From assembly GCA_951406725.2 (NCBI GenBank), contig OX597816.1, positions 100,006,001 to 100,070,000 of the forward strand: a stretch of DNA of 64,000 bases, in the 5' to 3' direction. The number at the start of each line of letters is the position of its first letter. Positions within the stretch are counted from its first letter, which is position 1. The notes beneath the pieces were generated by a model. The model saw only the letters and a program-made list of their open reading frames with translations, was not told the DNA's origin and searched no databases. Shown piece after piece: positions 24,621 through 37,322 of the stretch. The position numbers were made by a program, and so were the translations under genes. Origin of the DNA: Octopus vulgaris. Its lineage: Eukaryota.

Positions 24621-26539
24621 CCATTCTCAGTTTTATATCCATAACCAACTGTTGGTACTTGTATTATGCGGTTGTAGAGTTTTCTTTATAACTTTTATAT
24701 TGTCTAGTTGAAAAGCCGGTTAGTATTTTAGTGTAAACATAAAGAGACAATCATAAAGGCGGGTAAAAAATTTTAGCTACCATAATATTATAAAGTATGT
24801 AAATGTGATAGACACTTTATATGAGAACGGTACAATACTGCATAATTGCTATTAACACATTTTCTTATTAGAATGCAAAATCACAAACTTATAGACATTT
24901 AACATTGTTATGAAATATCATTTTCAGTTATCACAACACATCATGGCTCAACACAGTTTTACAAATCAAATACATTTTATTCACTGAAATATTGATTTAT
25001 GTATACCATTTTTACAAAGATTCCAGAAATCAAGTAAGGCAATTGTAGCTTACTAGAAACATAATTTATGTATGAAATAAACTACATAGAAACATCTGGT
25101 ATGGATATTTTTTAATACAAAAAAGTATTTTAGAAGAGATGTCGTTAGCAATCAATATGCAATTTTAGTCTTTTATTTGTATCATTTTGTGTTTGATCTT
25201 GCTTCAGTTTAGTTTGGAAAATCAATGCAACAACAATTATAAATGACATAATGTTGACTGCTATACAGACACCACAATACGTGTCCTCTGAGGATTGCCT
25301 GTTTAGATTGTTTAATACACATTTAAATGAACACTATATTCTACAATGATTTCTATGTCATAAAGGATAAATACAGCATAACCTCATTTATTTACATAGA
25401 CATATCTATTTTGCAAGTCTACAAAACTTGAGGAAGTGAGGTGTCTTTATACTAGGAAATGAGGGTTAAGAGGGTGGGACAGAGCAGGTTCTTGTTGAGA
25501 AGCTACACAGCTACTTACATTTCAGGGAAAGAGTGAGAATGAATCAGTAGTAACTGCAAAGACATAAATAGTGGTGATGAGATGTCCAGGTGGCACCTCA
25601 AGGTGCAAAGTGGGGTAGAAGTGAGTGAGCACAGAAGCTAGGAGTGTATGTGATTGGATGTTTGCAAGAGATAGAGCTAGCAAATGGGAGAGAGGATATT
25701 GGCAACATCTGCAAAAAATAGGTAAGGTTGAAAGGTGGATGCGAGAATGGTTGATACAAGGGTAGGAGATGGCCAGTGGTGCATGAGTTGGAGAAAGTTG
25801 AGGGATGCAACAAGTAAGCAGCGACAGGATAGTATTAGTGATGCATTCAACAGTAGAAGAACAAGAGAGAGTTAACATATATTTGAGTAGGCTGCATGAG
25901 ATGTGAAAAAGACAAACAGACATGCATAGTACATGAGAAGAAATAATTGGTGGCCCATTGAGGGTAGAGGAGGAGCAGTGACCAATGTAACATATGGGTA
26001 AAGAAAAAAGTATTAATGGATGAATAATGCCTAACAAGTGAAAAATGGTTGAGAAGGGAAAGTATTATTAGGAAACAGAAGGGAACTGCAGTGGGAGAAT
26101 TGTGATGGTGGTGAGGTGTGAAGTGGAGATTGATTAGAGAAATACCCATTTGTTTTGCGTGCATGCACACACATAGACACATGTAAAATCAATAAAAAGA
26201 GTACAGTGAAATTGCTGTGAAGAGTGGAGAATCCAGTGCTCTTGTTCTGGGAAGATGTGAAAGATGAAAAATAAATTAATTATAGCAGAGTTTTACATTC
26301 TCTAAGATAAAAGAAAATCTGGTTGCTTTCTCTCATTTATTTCTCACCTTTCAAATTTTCCACGATGAAGGACACTGCCTGAAATGTCGGATTTTTCACT
26401 CCTCACAGCAAGTTCACTGTACTCTTTTATCAATTTCATTACTTTACATAATGCAGACCAAAACAAACTTTTTTGTAGTCTGTTTAGTCATTTATGCATA
26501 GACACAGACTTTCAGAAGTCAGTTTCGTCATAATGATGG

Positions 26540-28475
26540 GTCTTTTCAAGAACCACATATCACCAGACTTCTCAGTCCTTTGCCATCTCTTCTGTGAAAC
26601 TCAAATTCCCAATGTCAGCCTTCACCACTTTGTCCTATGTTTTCTTAGGTCTCTGTCATCCACAAGCTCCAGCCATGTTTAGTGAATGGTATTTCTTTAT
26701 ACAGCTGTGCCCATCCATATGCATCACATGTCAATACCAGTGCAGTCTTCTTTCTTGCACACTACATTTGATCCCTCTTATGCCCAGTTTTTTACATTTC
26801 ACATCTAGTGGAGCATGCTCACTTCATTTCTTGTCCTCACTGCTAGATATTATTGCAGATCCAACACAAGCATCATAAATCTGCCTTTCACTCCGTGGAA
26901 AAAGATCTTTGTTGCTAGCAGCAGTAGTAGTTCTCTGAAATTCTTCAACCTGTTCTTACTCTGGCTACTATACTTTTAGAGTGACCACTTCTTTACTGAC
27001 AGCATGTCCTAGGTAGCAAATGCTGTCAACTACTTTTAGTGAGCCATTCAGGCATTCAAATAAGTCTTTTTCTGGTATGTTCATACAATGTACTGCACAA
27101 GTGCATCTATCACATGAAATCTATGTTCTCTGCTAGTCTTCCTGTGATTCCATTTCTTCTCTTGTGTGTTCATAATATACACTGAATACAACATATCAAG
27201 TTTATACCTCCTGTTTTTCTGCATAGGCTATTTCCTTGAAGATATCAGAGTTCTGTCTCCTTTATTACTTACTAAGGCCTTTGTCTTGGCTAAATTTACC
27301 TTTAGACCTCTGGATTTTTGGTTTAGCTTCCATGTCTGGACTTTCCTCTATCATTCCCCCAATAGATTCAGTTACGAAGACTAGATCTTCAATATATTGG
27401 AGTTTTCATAGACAATCTTTAAATCCTTTGTGATGGCAAGTAGGACTATGATGAGTCTGAGGAGATTGAGAACTGAACCTTGAACCACATGCTTAATTCC
27501 CTAAAGTCACTGTTGACTCTCAATTTACTGCATCCTTGTACATGGCTTTCACAACTCTCACAAGCCATTTCCTTATTGGCCACCAGATTACTATATGTGG
27601 TACCATGTCAAAAGCATTCTTCAGGTCAATAATGGCCAAGAATAATGGTTTACACTTAGCCGAGAATTTCTTCTGCAGGTACTTCATTAGAAAGATTACA
27701 TATGTGGTACCTCTCTCAGATACAGAACCAAACTGAATCTCATATTGGCCTATCCTGTCACAAATCAATTGTTATGACTCTCTTTCTTTGACTACATAAC
27801 CTGTTCTAGTAATTTGATTCTCTATAATTGCTTCTCTCTCAGGTATTTCCTTTGTCTTTGTAGCGGTTTACAATGATACTGCTATGCCAGTCAGTGAGTG
27901 TAAGTCCTTGTATAAGTTGATTTACAGGTGGTTATGCTGTAGCCTACCTCACCAGATATTTTGAGCATCTCTGCAACTATCCCTGATGGACCTGCAGCTT
28001 TCCCGCTCTTCATGTCTTTGGTGGCTTTATCTACCATACTGCTGTCAACTTGAATTGTTGTTCCCTCTGTAGGGTCAGAAAAGGTAGCTGCTCTTTATCC
28101 CATGCATACTCTGCATGCAACAGCCTCTCATAATAACACTTTCCATATCAATAGCTAGTATGATCTCAACATTCCAGATACATTTCTCACAAGGATATCT
28201 CACACATTTTCTTGTGATCCTGAAAACCTATGCCTCTGATCCTCATGTTGCAAGACATGCAAATCTTTTCTTCTCTGCCTCATCTTTTACCAAATATACC
28301 TGTTGCCTTGCTGCTCTTCTTGTCACTTGGTAATGCTTCCTTATTACTACCTTCCTTCCAGGTTTTCCATGCCTGTCTTAACTTTTATTGCCCTATCAAC
28401 CATATTACTCTTTCACCACTATACTTTTGGCTTAGTCACAACTTTGCTCCTGGCACATATTTGGTCTGGCCTTGA
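26540..28475 (-). mobile_element. Old RTE-clade LINE relic
   Basis: QFGSVSERGTTYVIF..KPLFLAIIDLKNAFDMVPH..WLVRVVKAMYKDA, colinear with the younger RTE copies. Confidence 0.85.
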
Positions 28476-28763
28476 GTAAGTTATTTCATTGTAATTTTGG
28501 GTTTTCATTTACACTACAAGTATCTAAATGTACCCCCTACTGGCAGGAGTTAGAATTTCTCTAAACTCTTAGCATTCAGAATACTCTGTCAAATGTAATG
28601 CTTATTTATTCACATTGTTTTGAATTAATCATGCAATATCTTGCAGCTATAAGGTTCTGATGATGTGATCATTTAGTTTTGTAATGACATTTTAGGCTAT
28701 GTGTGAGAGGCCAAATCTAGTTAGTTTGAACATAGAACAGGTAGAATATTTGGGTATGTATGC

Positions 28764-28799
<36 letters not shown>

Positions 28800-29934
28800 T
28801 TGGAAATGGATGTGTGGCGTTCAATTAAATAATATATATATATGTATATATGTATATATGGATGCGTATATGAGTATAGGACACACTAATTGTGTAAACA
28901 ACATGAAGTACACAAACAAGCGAGTTAAATACGCAAACAACGAGAAAAAAATGGAAAACTGGGCAAGTAACACAAATAACAACCCTTCATCAGTTGTCAG
29001 CTGTCTATCTACTCCTCATTTTGAGCATTCAATGACAACATGAATCTTCGAAGACAGCTGCTCCCATAAATTCTAGAATAAAATTTTGAATTTATGGAGG
29101 ATCAAAATTAGGAACAAAAACAGGACAGTGGGGACATACAAGGAAACCGAATAAAAACAAACATGGAGGGTCATTAGACCTGAATGAGAGGAAAATAGTG
29201 AATGCTGGAAGAAATATTTTCTTTGAAAAAAGAAAAGACAGCAAAGAGAGATAGAAGACATCCACTCCTTAGAGCATCATGCAAGGACTAGATGTCTTCT
29301 GTCTCTCTCTGCTATCTTTTCTCTTGTTTGCATATTTAACCTGTTTTTTTTTGTGCTTCATGTTGTTTGCACAGTTGGTGACATTCTGTATCCACATATG
29401 CATATATATATATTTCTCTATCCTTTCTCATTTTCCCACTCTCTTACTCTTCCTTTCTCTCGGACTTTCCCTTGCTTTCTCTTACCCTTTATCTTTCTCT
29501 ATCTGTCTCTGCCATTTATAAAAAAATTGGATTTCCACGTATAAATTACAAATCTGCTTCCACTTTACCATGTTCAAAATTTGATTGAAATCAAGCAAAA
29601 GGTATCCAATCTAAACCACCAAGTGTCCCCTAAAATCAATAAAATCCCAGTTTTCACACCAAAGCAACCACTGTAGCACCACAAAACGTCTCCCAATCAA
29701 TTTCCCCTCTCAAGTTACCCTCTCCTGTAAATTTGAATCCCCTTCCAGTCCCATTTAGACCCCTTTTTACATAAAAATCCAATTTGTATCAATGTTCGCC
29801 TTCTTCATTTTATAGATAGGATTAGATGCCAATCACACCAATCTGGAGGGGCTTAGAGCCCCTTGAATCTTCTCACCATAGCAACTGCATCTTTCCAGAT
29901 GGTGAGTTTTAACCTACTCAACTCTGCCTCATCA

Positions 29935-30265
29935 CAAAATTTTTTCTCTAGTTGTGATAGTGATTCAGCTATAAAAACAAAGTTATCAGCATAAAGGAGC
30001 TCCCAAAGGTAACCCTTCTTAAATTCCTCTGTTATGGCCTGGAGGACTATTGTGAACAAGAGGGAGCTGAGAACTGATCCTTGGTGAACTCCTACTTGTA
30101 CACTGAATTCATTACTATACTTGTTGACTTTCACCTTATTGATAGCATCCCTGTACATGACTTGTACAGCTATCACCAACCGTTCATCTATCCCTATTTC
30201 CACACTGAGCACCAGATAAGGGAGCAGGGAACCCTATTAAAGGCTTTTTGTGTGTCAACGAAAGC
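29935..30265 (-). mobile_element. RTE RT fragment
   Basis: VGVHQGSVLSSLLFTIVLQAITEEFKKGYLWELLYADN. Confidence 0.88.
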
Positions 30266-30329
30266 CATACACACGCACACACACACTGAGGTTTATATAT
30301 ATTTATATAAATAAACTTCTTTGTGTGTG

Positions 30330-31335
30330 TGTATAGTTTGATTTATGAAAGATGTAAGATATGAAGATATTTTGTTTATTAATCACTACAATTGTTTCAA
30401 CCCATCTAGCATCGATCCTTCATGGGTTAGAAACTTAACAATTGGTTTAAGAATATCCATTAGTGTAGGTGTGTCTCTTCAGGTGATATTAAGAGGATGT
30501 ATCTTGTTAAAATAACAACTGTTCCACAAGGTATATTCTCAGCTTGTGTATAGAAATGCAGCAAATTAAGGGATACAACTTCATTTTTATAGAAGATCAA
30601 TAATAAATAACAAATGCAAAAAGAAATGAATACACAATACAGCAAAAAAGGTATTAAATATAACTGTCAACAGATATGGATGTATAAACACCTTCATTTA
30701 GGTTGTATGGCACACATACACTTGCTTGTACAAACATCCACATATAAGCATACATACATACATGGCTTGGTGCGCATATGCTCACACAACAAATTAAATA
30801 GCTACTTAATGTTTATAAGAATGGAGAGGTTAGAGTTAAACCTAATTCATCCATATAGGTAAATTATGGTTATTAATTTGGCTAACAGTTACTCAAATTT
30901 ATTCTCACTGCATTATGCAAACGTGCATTTATAAGCATGTAAGCATTTTGAAAGTCTTTCAGAAATTCTATTAATGATCATCTTATTGATCCACAAAATA
31001 GACAGGGATTCCTTAGAGCTGAGTTTGCATCTCCTGGAATGGATATTATATGGTTGTGCATTCCTTATTATGAACTAAGTTAGATCATATTTAACTTATC
31101 TTCCATAAGTTGCCACACAAAATCAGCCAAAGATGTTGAATGCCTCTTGTTGATTTTCTTGACACTGGCGACATGTTTGCAATAACGATACTTGAATGAA
31201 TCAGCCATTGCCTTAATGTAAACGCAATGTAAACATATGGTCCTCCCCTTGTGTGTACGGTACATTTATATACAAGATTTGTACTCCTACAGAGGTTCAT
31301 CAATGAGCATTTTGATTTTTCTTTGCATGGGCATT
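30330..31335 (-). mobile_element. Penelope-like element 3' end: decayed GIY-YIG endonuclease plus pLTR
   Basis: Minus strand across frameshifts: CRSTNLVYKCTV..GPYVYI, FKYRYCKH, STSLADFVWQL, AQPYNIHSRRCKLSSKE.L.IL. A hammerhead lies downstream on the same strand. Confidence 0.78.
30382..30487 (-). ncRNA. Type I hammerhead with ~77-nt stem II
   Basis: AUCAC-CUGAAGA-[GAC...GUU]-GAAAC-AAUU-GUA-GUGAU: perfect stem I, intact core, palindromic stem III ACAAUUGU, GUA triplet. Confidence 0.75.
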
Positions 31336-31351
31336 TTTAGATTTAGTTGTA

Positions 31352-31626
31352 CGAGGTCTGATCAATAAGTATTCAGGCTGTTGTCATAGTAATGAAGCTA
31401 AAGCACACAGAGTAAAGCTGCTTGGCACAGATTGACTTTGAACTCTGCTGTGCATGAGCACTAAGTTTTAACATTCTAGCTCACTTCTGCTGTTTACAGC
31501 AGTGCTTGGAAGGAACGTGTGTAGTGTGTAATTGTTGAATTGAGCCTGACTGAGCAAGTTGTCATGGCAATACCTGCTCAAAAGCTTACGCAAAGTTACA
31601 GAAAGTGTATGGAGAGGAGTGTATGA
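31352..31626 (+). mobile_element. mariner 5' end fragment
   Basis: TA|CGAGGTCTGATCAATAAGTAT TIR, related to the TIR at 11207. Encodes AYAKLQKVYGEECM (N-terminal HTH region). Confidence 0.75.
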
Positions 31627-31751
31627 ACCACCACATGGTTCTGGGTTCAGTCCCACTGTGTGGCACCTTAGGTAAGTGTCTTCTACTATAGCCTCGGGCC
31701 GACCAAAGCCTTGTGAGTGAATTTGGTAGATGGAAACTGAAAGAAGCCGGT

Positions 31752-31753
<2 letters not shown>
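31627..31753 (+). mobile_element. tRNA-derived SINE 5' part
   Basis: Matches 56297-56422 of the full-length SINE and is interrupted at its internal (TA)n by the RTE LINE. Confidence 0.85.
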
Positions 31754-31787
<34 letters not shown>

Positions 31788-31790
<3 letters not shown>

Positions 31791-33706
31791 TCATCATCAT
31801 CGTTTAACGTCCGTTCTCCATGCTAGCATGGGTTGGACGGTTCGACCGGGGATCTGGGAAGCCAGAAGGCTGCACCAGGCTCCAGTCTTATCTGGCAATG
31901 TTTCTACAGCTGGATGCCCTTCCTAATGCCAACCACTCCGTGAGTGTAGTGGGTGCTTTTTACGTGCCACCTGCACAGGTGCCAGGTGAGGCTGGCAACG
32001 GCCATGGTCGGATTGGTGTATTTTATGTGCCACCGGCACGGAAGCCAGTCGAGGCGGCGCTGGCATCGGCCACGAGTCGGATAGTGCTTTTTACGTACCA
32101 CCAGACCAGGAATCCTGGCTGGTTCAATTTGATTTCGATTTCGCTTGCCCCAACATGTCTTCGCAAGCAAAGGGGGTTGGCATGGGTGCCTGTTGTCGGA
32201 TGAGGTTCTATATCGACTTCACTTGCCTCAACAGGTCTTTGTGTCGAAGGGAGGAAAGGCATGCATAAGTGGGCTGGGCTCACTTGTCCTGCCTGGTCTT
32301 CTCACGTACAGCATATTTCCAAAGTTCTCGGTCTCTGGTCATTTCCTCAGTGAGGCCTAAAGTTCGAAGGTCGTGCTTCACCACCTCGTCCCAGGTTTTC
32401 CTGGGTCTACTTTTTCCACGGGTTCCCTCAACTGCTAGGGATTGGCACTTTCTCACACACCTATCTTCATCCATTCTCGCCACATGACCATACCAGCGCA
32501 ATCGTCTCTCTTGCACACCACAACTGATGCTTCTTAGGTACAACATTTCTCTTAAGGTACTAACGCTCTGTCGAGTATGTACACTGACATTACACATCCA
32601 TCGGAGCATACTGGCTTCATTTCTCACGAGCTTATGCATGTCCTCAGCAGTCACGGCCCATGTTTCACTGCCATGTAGCATGGCTGTTCGTACACATGCA
32701 TCATACAGTCTGCCTTTTACTCTGAGCGAGAGGCCTTTAGTCACCAGCAGAGGTAAGATCTCCCTAAACTTTGCCCAGGCTATCCTTATTCTAGCAGTTA
32801 CGCTTTCAGCGCACCCACCCCAACTACTGACTTGGTCACCTAGATAACGGAAGCTATCAACTACTTCTAGTTTCTCCCCCTGGAAAGTGACGGAAGTTGT
32901 TTTCTGCAGATTTTTGGAGGTTAATGCTCCCGAGCATCTGCCACATACAAAACTATCTTCCCAGTTAGCCTACCTTTGACATTGCTGCACCTCTTATGTG
33001 TCCATAGCTTACACTGTGTACATCTTATAGAGTTTCTACCTACACCTTTTCTACAGATCGAGCAGGGCCATCTTCCTGAAGACATTTGTGGATTGTCTAC
33101 CTTCCTACTTATTAGTACTTTGGTTTTAGCTAGGTTGACTCTAAGGCCCCTCGATTCTAAACCCTCCTTCCACACCTGGAACCTCTCCTCCAGTTCTGAT
33201 AGTGACTCAGCAATTTGAGCAAGGTCGTCAGCATAGAGGAGCTCCCAGGGGCAACCTGTCTTGAATTCCTCCGTAATTGCCTGGAGGACTATGATAAATA
33301 GGAGGGGGCTGAGTACTGAACCCTGGTGGACCCCAACCTCTACTTTGAATTCTTCTGTGTACATGTTGCCAACCCTAACCTTACTTACGGCATCTCTGTA
33401 CATGGCTTGCACAGCCCTCACCAGCCATTCATCTATCCCTAGTTTCCTCATTGACCACCAGATAAGGGATCGGGGGACCCTATCAAAGGCTTTCTCCATG
33501 TCAACGAAAGCCAGGTACAGGGGCTTATCTTTGGCTAGGTATTTCTCCTGCAGCTGCCTTACCAGGAATATAGCATCAGTGGTACTTTTCCCTGGCACGA
33601 ACCCAAACTGCATCTCATCTAAACTAACTCTCTCTCTAATTAGTTGGGCTATGACCCTCTCCGTAACCTTCATTACCTGATCCAACAGCTTGATACCTCT
33701 GTAATT
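31788..33706 (-). mobile_element. Young RTE-clade LINE, 5'-truncated
   Basis: ORF segments 32921-33706 (RT with LLYADDL, PHD-like finger) and 32280-32744 are separated by a single 1-nt deletion near 32950. Followed by a 3' UTR and (GAT)n tail. Confidence 0.96.
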
Positions 33707-33751
33707 ATGTATATATATATAGGTGCATGTCATAGTGTTTATGGTATTCCC

Positions 33752-34060
33752 TAGTGGCTTGGGTATTTGGATCATGATCTTAAGGTCGCAAGTTCAATTC
33801 TCAGCAGTGTGTTGCATCTTTGAGAAAGACACTTTATTTCACATTGCACCAGTTCACTCAGCTGGTAAAATTCAGTAGTACTTGTATTTCAAAGGGCCAG
33901 ACTTGTCTCATTCTGTATCATGCTGAATCTCTCTGAGAACTATGTTAAGGGTATGCATGTCTGTGGAGTGTTCAGCTACTTGCACGTTAATTTCGTGAAC
34001 TGACTTTTCCACTGATTGGGTCAACTGGAACCCTTGTCGTCATAAGCAATGGAAGGCCAT
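33752..34060 (+). mobile_element. tRNA-derived SINE (second family, decayed)
   Basis: TAGTGG...AAGTTCAATTC box pair followed by a CTTTGAGAAAGACACTTTATTTCAC body typical of tRNA SINEs. Confidence 0.6.
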
Positions 34061-37000
34061 TTACATAGACACACATATTTGCGTTAGTGTGTGCATATGT
34101 GTGTGTGGCATAGTGCTTCTGGAATTCTGAGCTGCAAATGGCTAAACCATCTGCAATACAAAGACCACAATGCTGTCCAGCCATACACATGATCATTTAT
34201 CAAGAGATTAATCCGCAAGCCAGAAAACGTGATAGGGAGATGACTACAAAGGCTCATTCCTTCTTTTGTGAAGAATGTATCAACCCAACATGATGTACTA
34301 GCCACCCCCCCACCACCACAGATCATTAATTATTAACATCAATCAATGCTTTACCTACAGTGATTTCTACAACTATCCATTATTTGTGTTCTGTCTTATC
34401 AACAAACATATTACTACCATTAGTGTCTCCCTCTCTCACATTTCACTCTGCCATTATTGTCTCTCTCTCATTACACTCTACCATTACTAACGTTCATTAT
34501 CTCTTCTAACACAGTTCCCTCCAGTGTTACCTTCTCCACTCAGATCAGTCTATTTCCTTTCTCTCCCTTTTTCAATAACTACAATTATCTCCTCCTCTAC
34601 CTGCTCTATTTCTTATATTGCCTGAATGAACAGGGACAACATTGCGTTGAGAGGACTCTTGTCAAGGATATGACAACCTCTTTAACACTGCATGATAAAA
34701 TGCATCTCATATAATATGTAAAGTGATGGAAGGGGCATCTAGTCAAAGAAACTATGCAAAAATAAAATATACAAGTAAAACTTAGTCTCCCAACCTGTCT
34801 AAGTGGGTAATAACTCTAAGTAAGAACTGACCCAAATACTAACAATCCATACGATCCATACCAGCATGGAAATCAGATGTAAAACAGTGGTTGTGGTAGT
34901 GGTGGTGGTGGTGGTGACATCGGTGGCAGCAGCAACAGTGGCTCTGATGGTGGAAGTTATGTATGTATGCATGCATGCATGTATGTATGTATGTATGTAT
35001 GTATGTATGTATGTATGCATGCATGCATGCATGCATGCATGCATGTATGTTTGTGTGTGTTGTGTCTGTGTTTGTGTGAGCATATGTATCTACATTTATA
35101 CTAAAAATATTATTCTTAGAAATGAAATGGGTTAAGTATTATTACCCACTGATGTTAAAGACTAAAGAACATTCTAAAAAGGACTGACAATTTTTGTGAA
35201 TAAATTTAAAATTTAGCCATACTGTAATTTAAAAACAATATATTTTGAATATTTAATGTAATCTTGTGTTTAAGATCTTTAATTTATTTCCAATTTACTT
35301 TAGAACAACATATGAGGATAAAATAGATTTGAAACCATAAATTAAATCAAAAGTCATTTGTTTTACACATCACTTCTCGAAATCATGTTAGAAATGGGTT
35401 TGAATTCTTTCTGGACTATTATATTACATTTGCTATTTAACAGGTCTATTAATGTGTTTTTTTTTTTACTTATCTTAATTGAAAATAAGCAGTGTTCCTA
35501 TCATTGTATAGACAATGTGAAGAATAGCATCTAGATTTAAAAATCATACCACACACTTGTATATGCTTTAAAAATTGTTTATTAAATCTTGTATGAAAAG
35601 AAAATTTAAATTTAAATGAATAAATTCTTTATTTTTTTTTTAGTTTTTGTCAATATTATTGAGTATATGTTTTCCATTGTAGGACACATTAAAGTTTCCA
35701 AAGTAACTATTGTGATAAGCTCAAAATAAATATTCTTTTCTAATTTTACTGATTTTGATGGGTTATAATGAATTGAATGGAATAAATCCTTCACTTGTGA
35801 TAACATTAAATTATCCATTGAATATAACCCTCATTAACATTGAATTGGTTAGTAAAATTATTTACTGTCAAACTGAAAAGTAAATAATCATCTTAATTTG
35901 TACTATTTAAAATACTGAGTCAATTGACACAAATTATTGACTGCCTATAAGAATCTTTAAAGTTATTAGGTTAACCAAGTAGTGGTCTAGTGACCGTATT
36001 TCAGTAATGTTATAGTTTTGCAAATGCAATAACATTTTCAGATTATAAGAATAGTTTTAAGTGTTTCTATAAAATATATATAAATAACTGATGTAGATTA
36101 TATTATAAAAATCACCTTTCTGGTGGAGCAATAACAGGTAATGCAATAAAAAGAAAATGAGAAAAAAATAGTTATAACTGTGTTGCAAAATAAAGGCATA
36201 TAAAAGAAATTTTACCATATACTATGTTATGCAAGTTCTATACTAAGAATCTGAAACACTATAGTTTAATTTTTGAATTCTCTTTTCCTTTTTAAATTCT
36301 TTTCTAATTTTAGAGTTAGTAGTAGTAATTTGTGATTGCTCATATTTTCCAACTATTCAGTTCATATCAAAGGTAATTGACTTAACACAAATTAAAGCCA
36401 GGAAGCCACCATAATTTATAATTTTAATTGATCTCTTTTGGTACTTGCAATCTACTGTTTCAAACACTGTTAATTATACTCTCATTTTTAAATCAAAATA
36501 TTCAGTGTTATTAGCTTAAATCTGTTACTTAGAGCAAAGGTACTTTGATGCCCATCAGTTTTATGGCAAATGACCTGCAACAGAAGGGATTATTTCTGTT
36601 ATTTTAACATAGTGAAAATTGAATTTAGGATAAACATGAAAGTGATTCTGCATAAAGCACACTTGACAATTGTTATGTTCACCATGTAAGTCTTCTGAAT
36701 GAAATTACACAAGGTGAAGATAGAATAGATGATTTATGTTCATGGAACAAAATTAGAAAAACTTATGCTATTACCAGTCACAAATACATATAACTATAGC
36801 TTGTGAATAAGTCCTTTGTTAACAGCTATGTTTTCTTTCCATCTTTTCTCTGAAGATTCTACTAGCTTCTTATTTATCAAACTTTTCAATCCCATTCTTA
36901 TCTGTTGAAAACTATTTGCTGCACTCCTGGCTTTATCTGCTTCTTTCATATTATATTTCTCCCCAAATATTTTATACTTAATTATTTTAGACAGTTCTTC

Positions 37001-37260
37001 AGCCTTAATAGTCACTCACTAACTGCCAAGATTCAAGCGAAAAAATCTTATTAGACAGGTTGATACAAACCTTGCACTTTCTATAAAATTGGACAGGCTG
37101 ACACAAACCTTGCACATTCTATAAAATTACACAGGTGATTATTTAATTATAAGTTCATCATAAATAAATATATATTTTAATTTTAACAATAACTGCCTGA
37201 ATGTTAATGTATGGATTTATATATCCATTCCCAGCTTTACATGAATGGCAGTTTATGAAA

Positions 37261-37322
37261 GCTTATGTAAATATAAATGTATCACTCCATATGTGGACTG
37301 ATACATTTATATTTACATAAGC
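37261..37322. repeat. Near-perfect 62-nt palindrome
   Basis: GCTTATGTAAATATAAATGTATCA-C-TCCA tatg TGGA-C-TGATACATTTATATTTACATAAGC, one mismatch in 29 bp. Confidence 0.9.

Noticed and set aside
26355-26395. Hammerhead-like UCC-ACGAUGA-AGG..CCU-GAAAUGUC-GGA
   Set aside because: Two core mismatches and only 3-bp stems; kept as a weak candidate and not listed as a feature.
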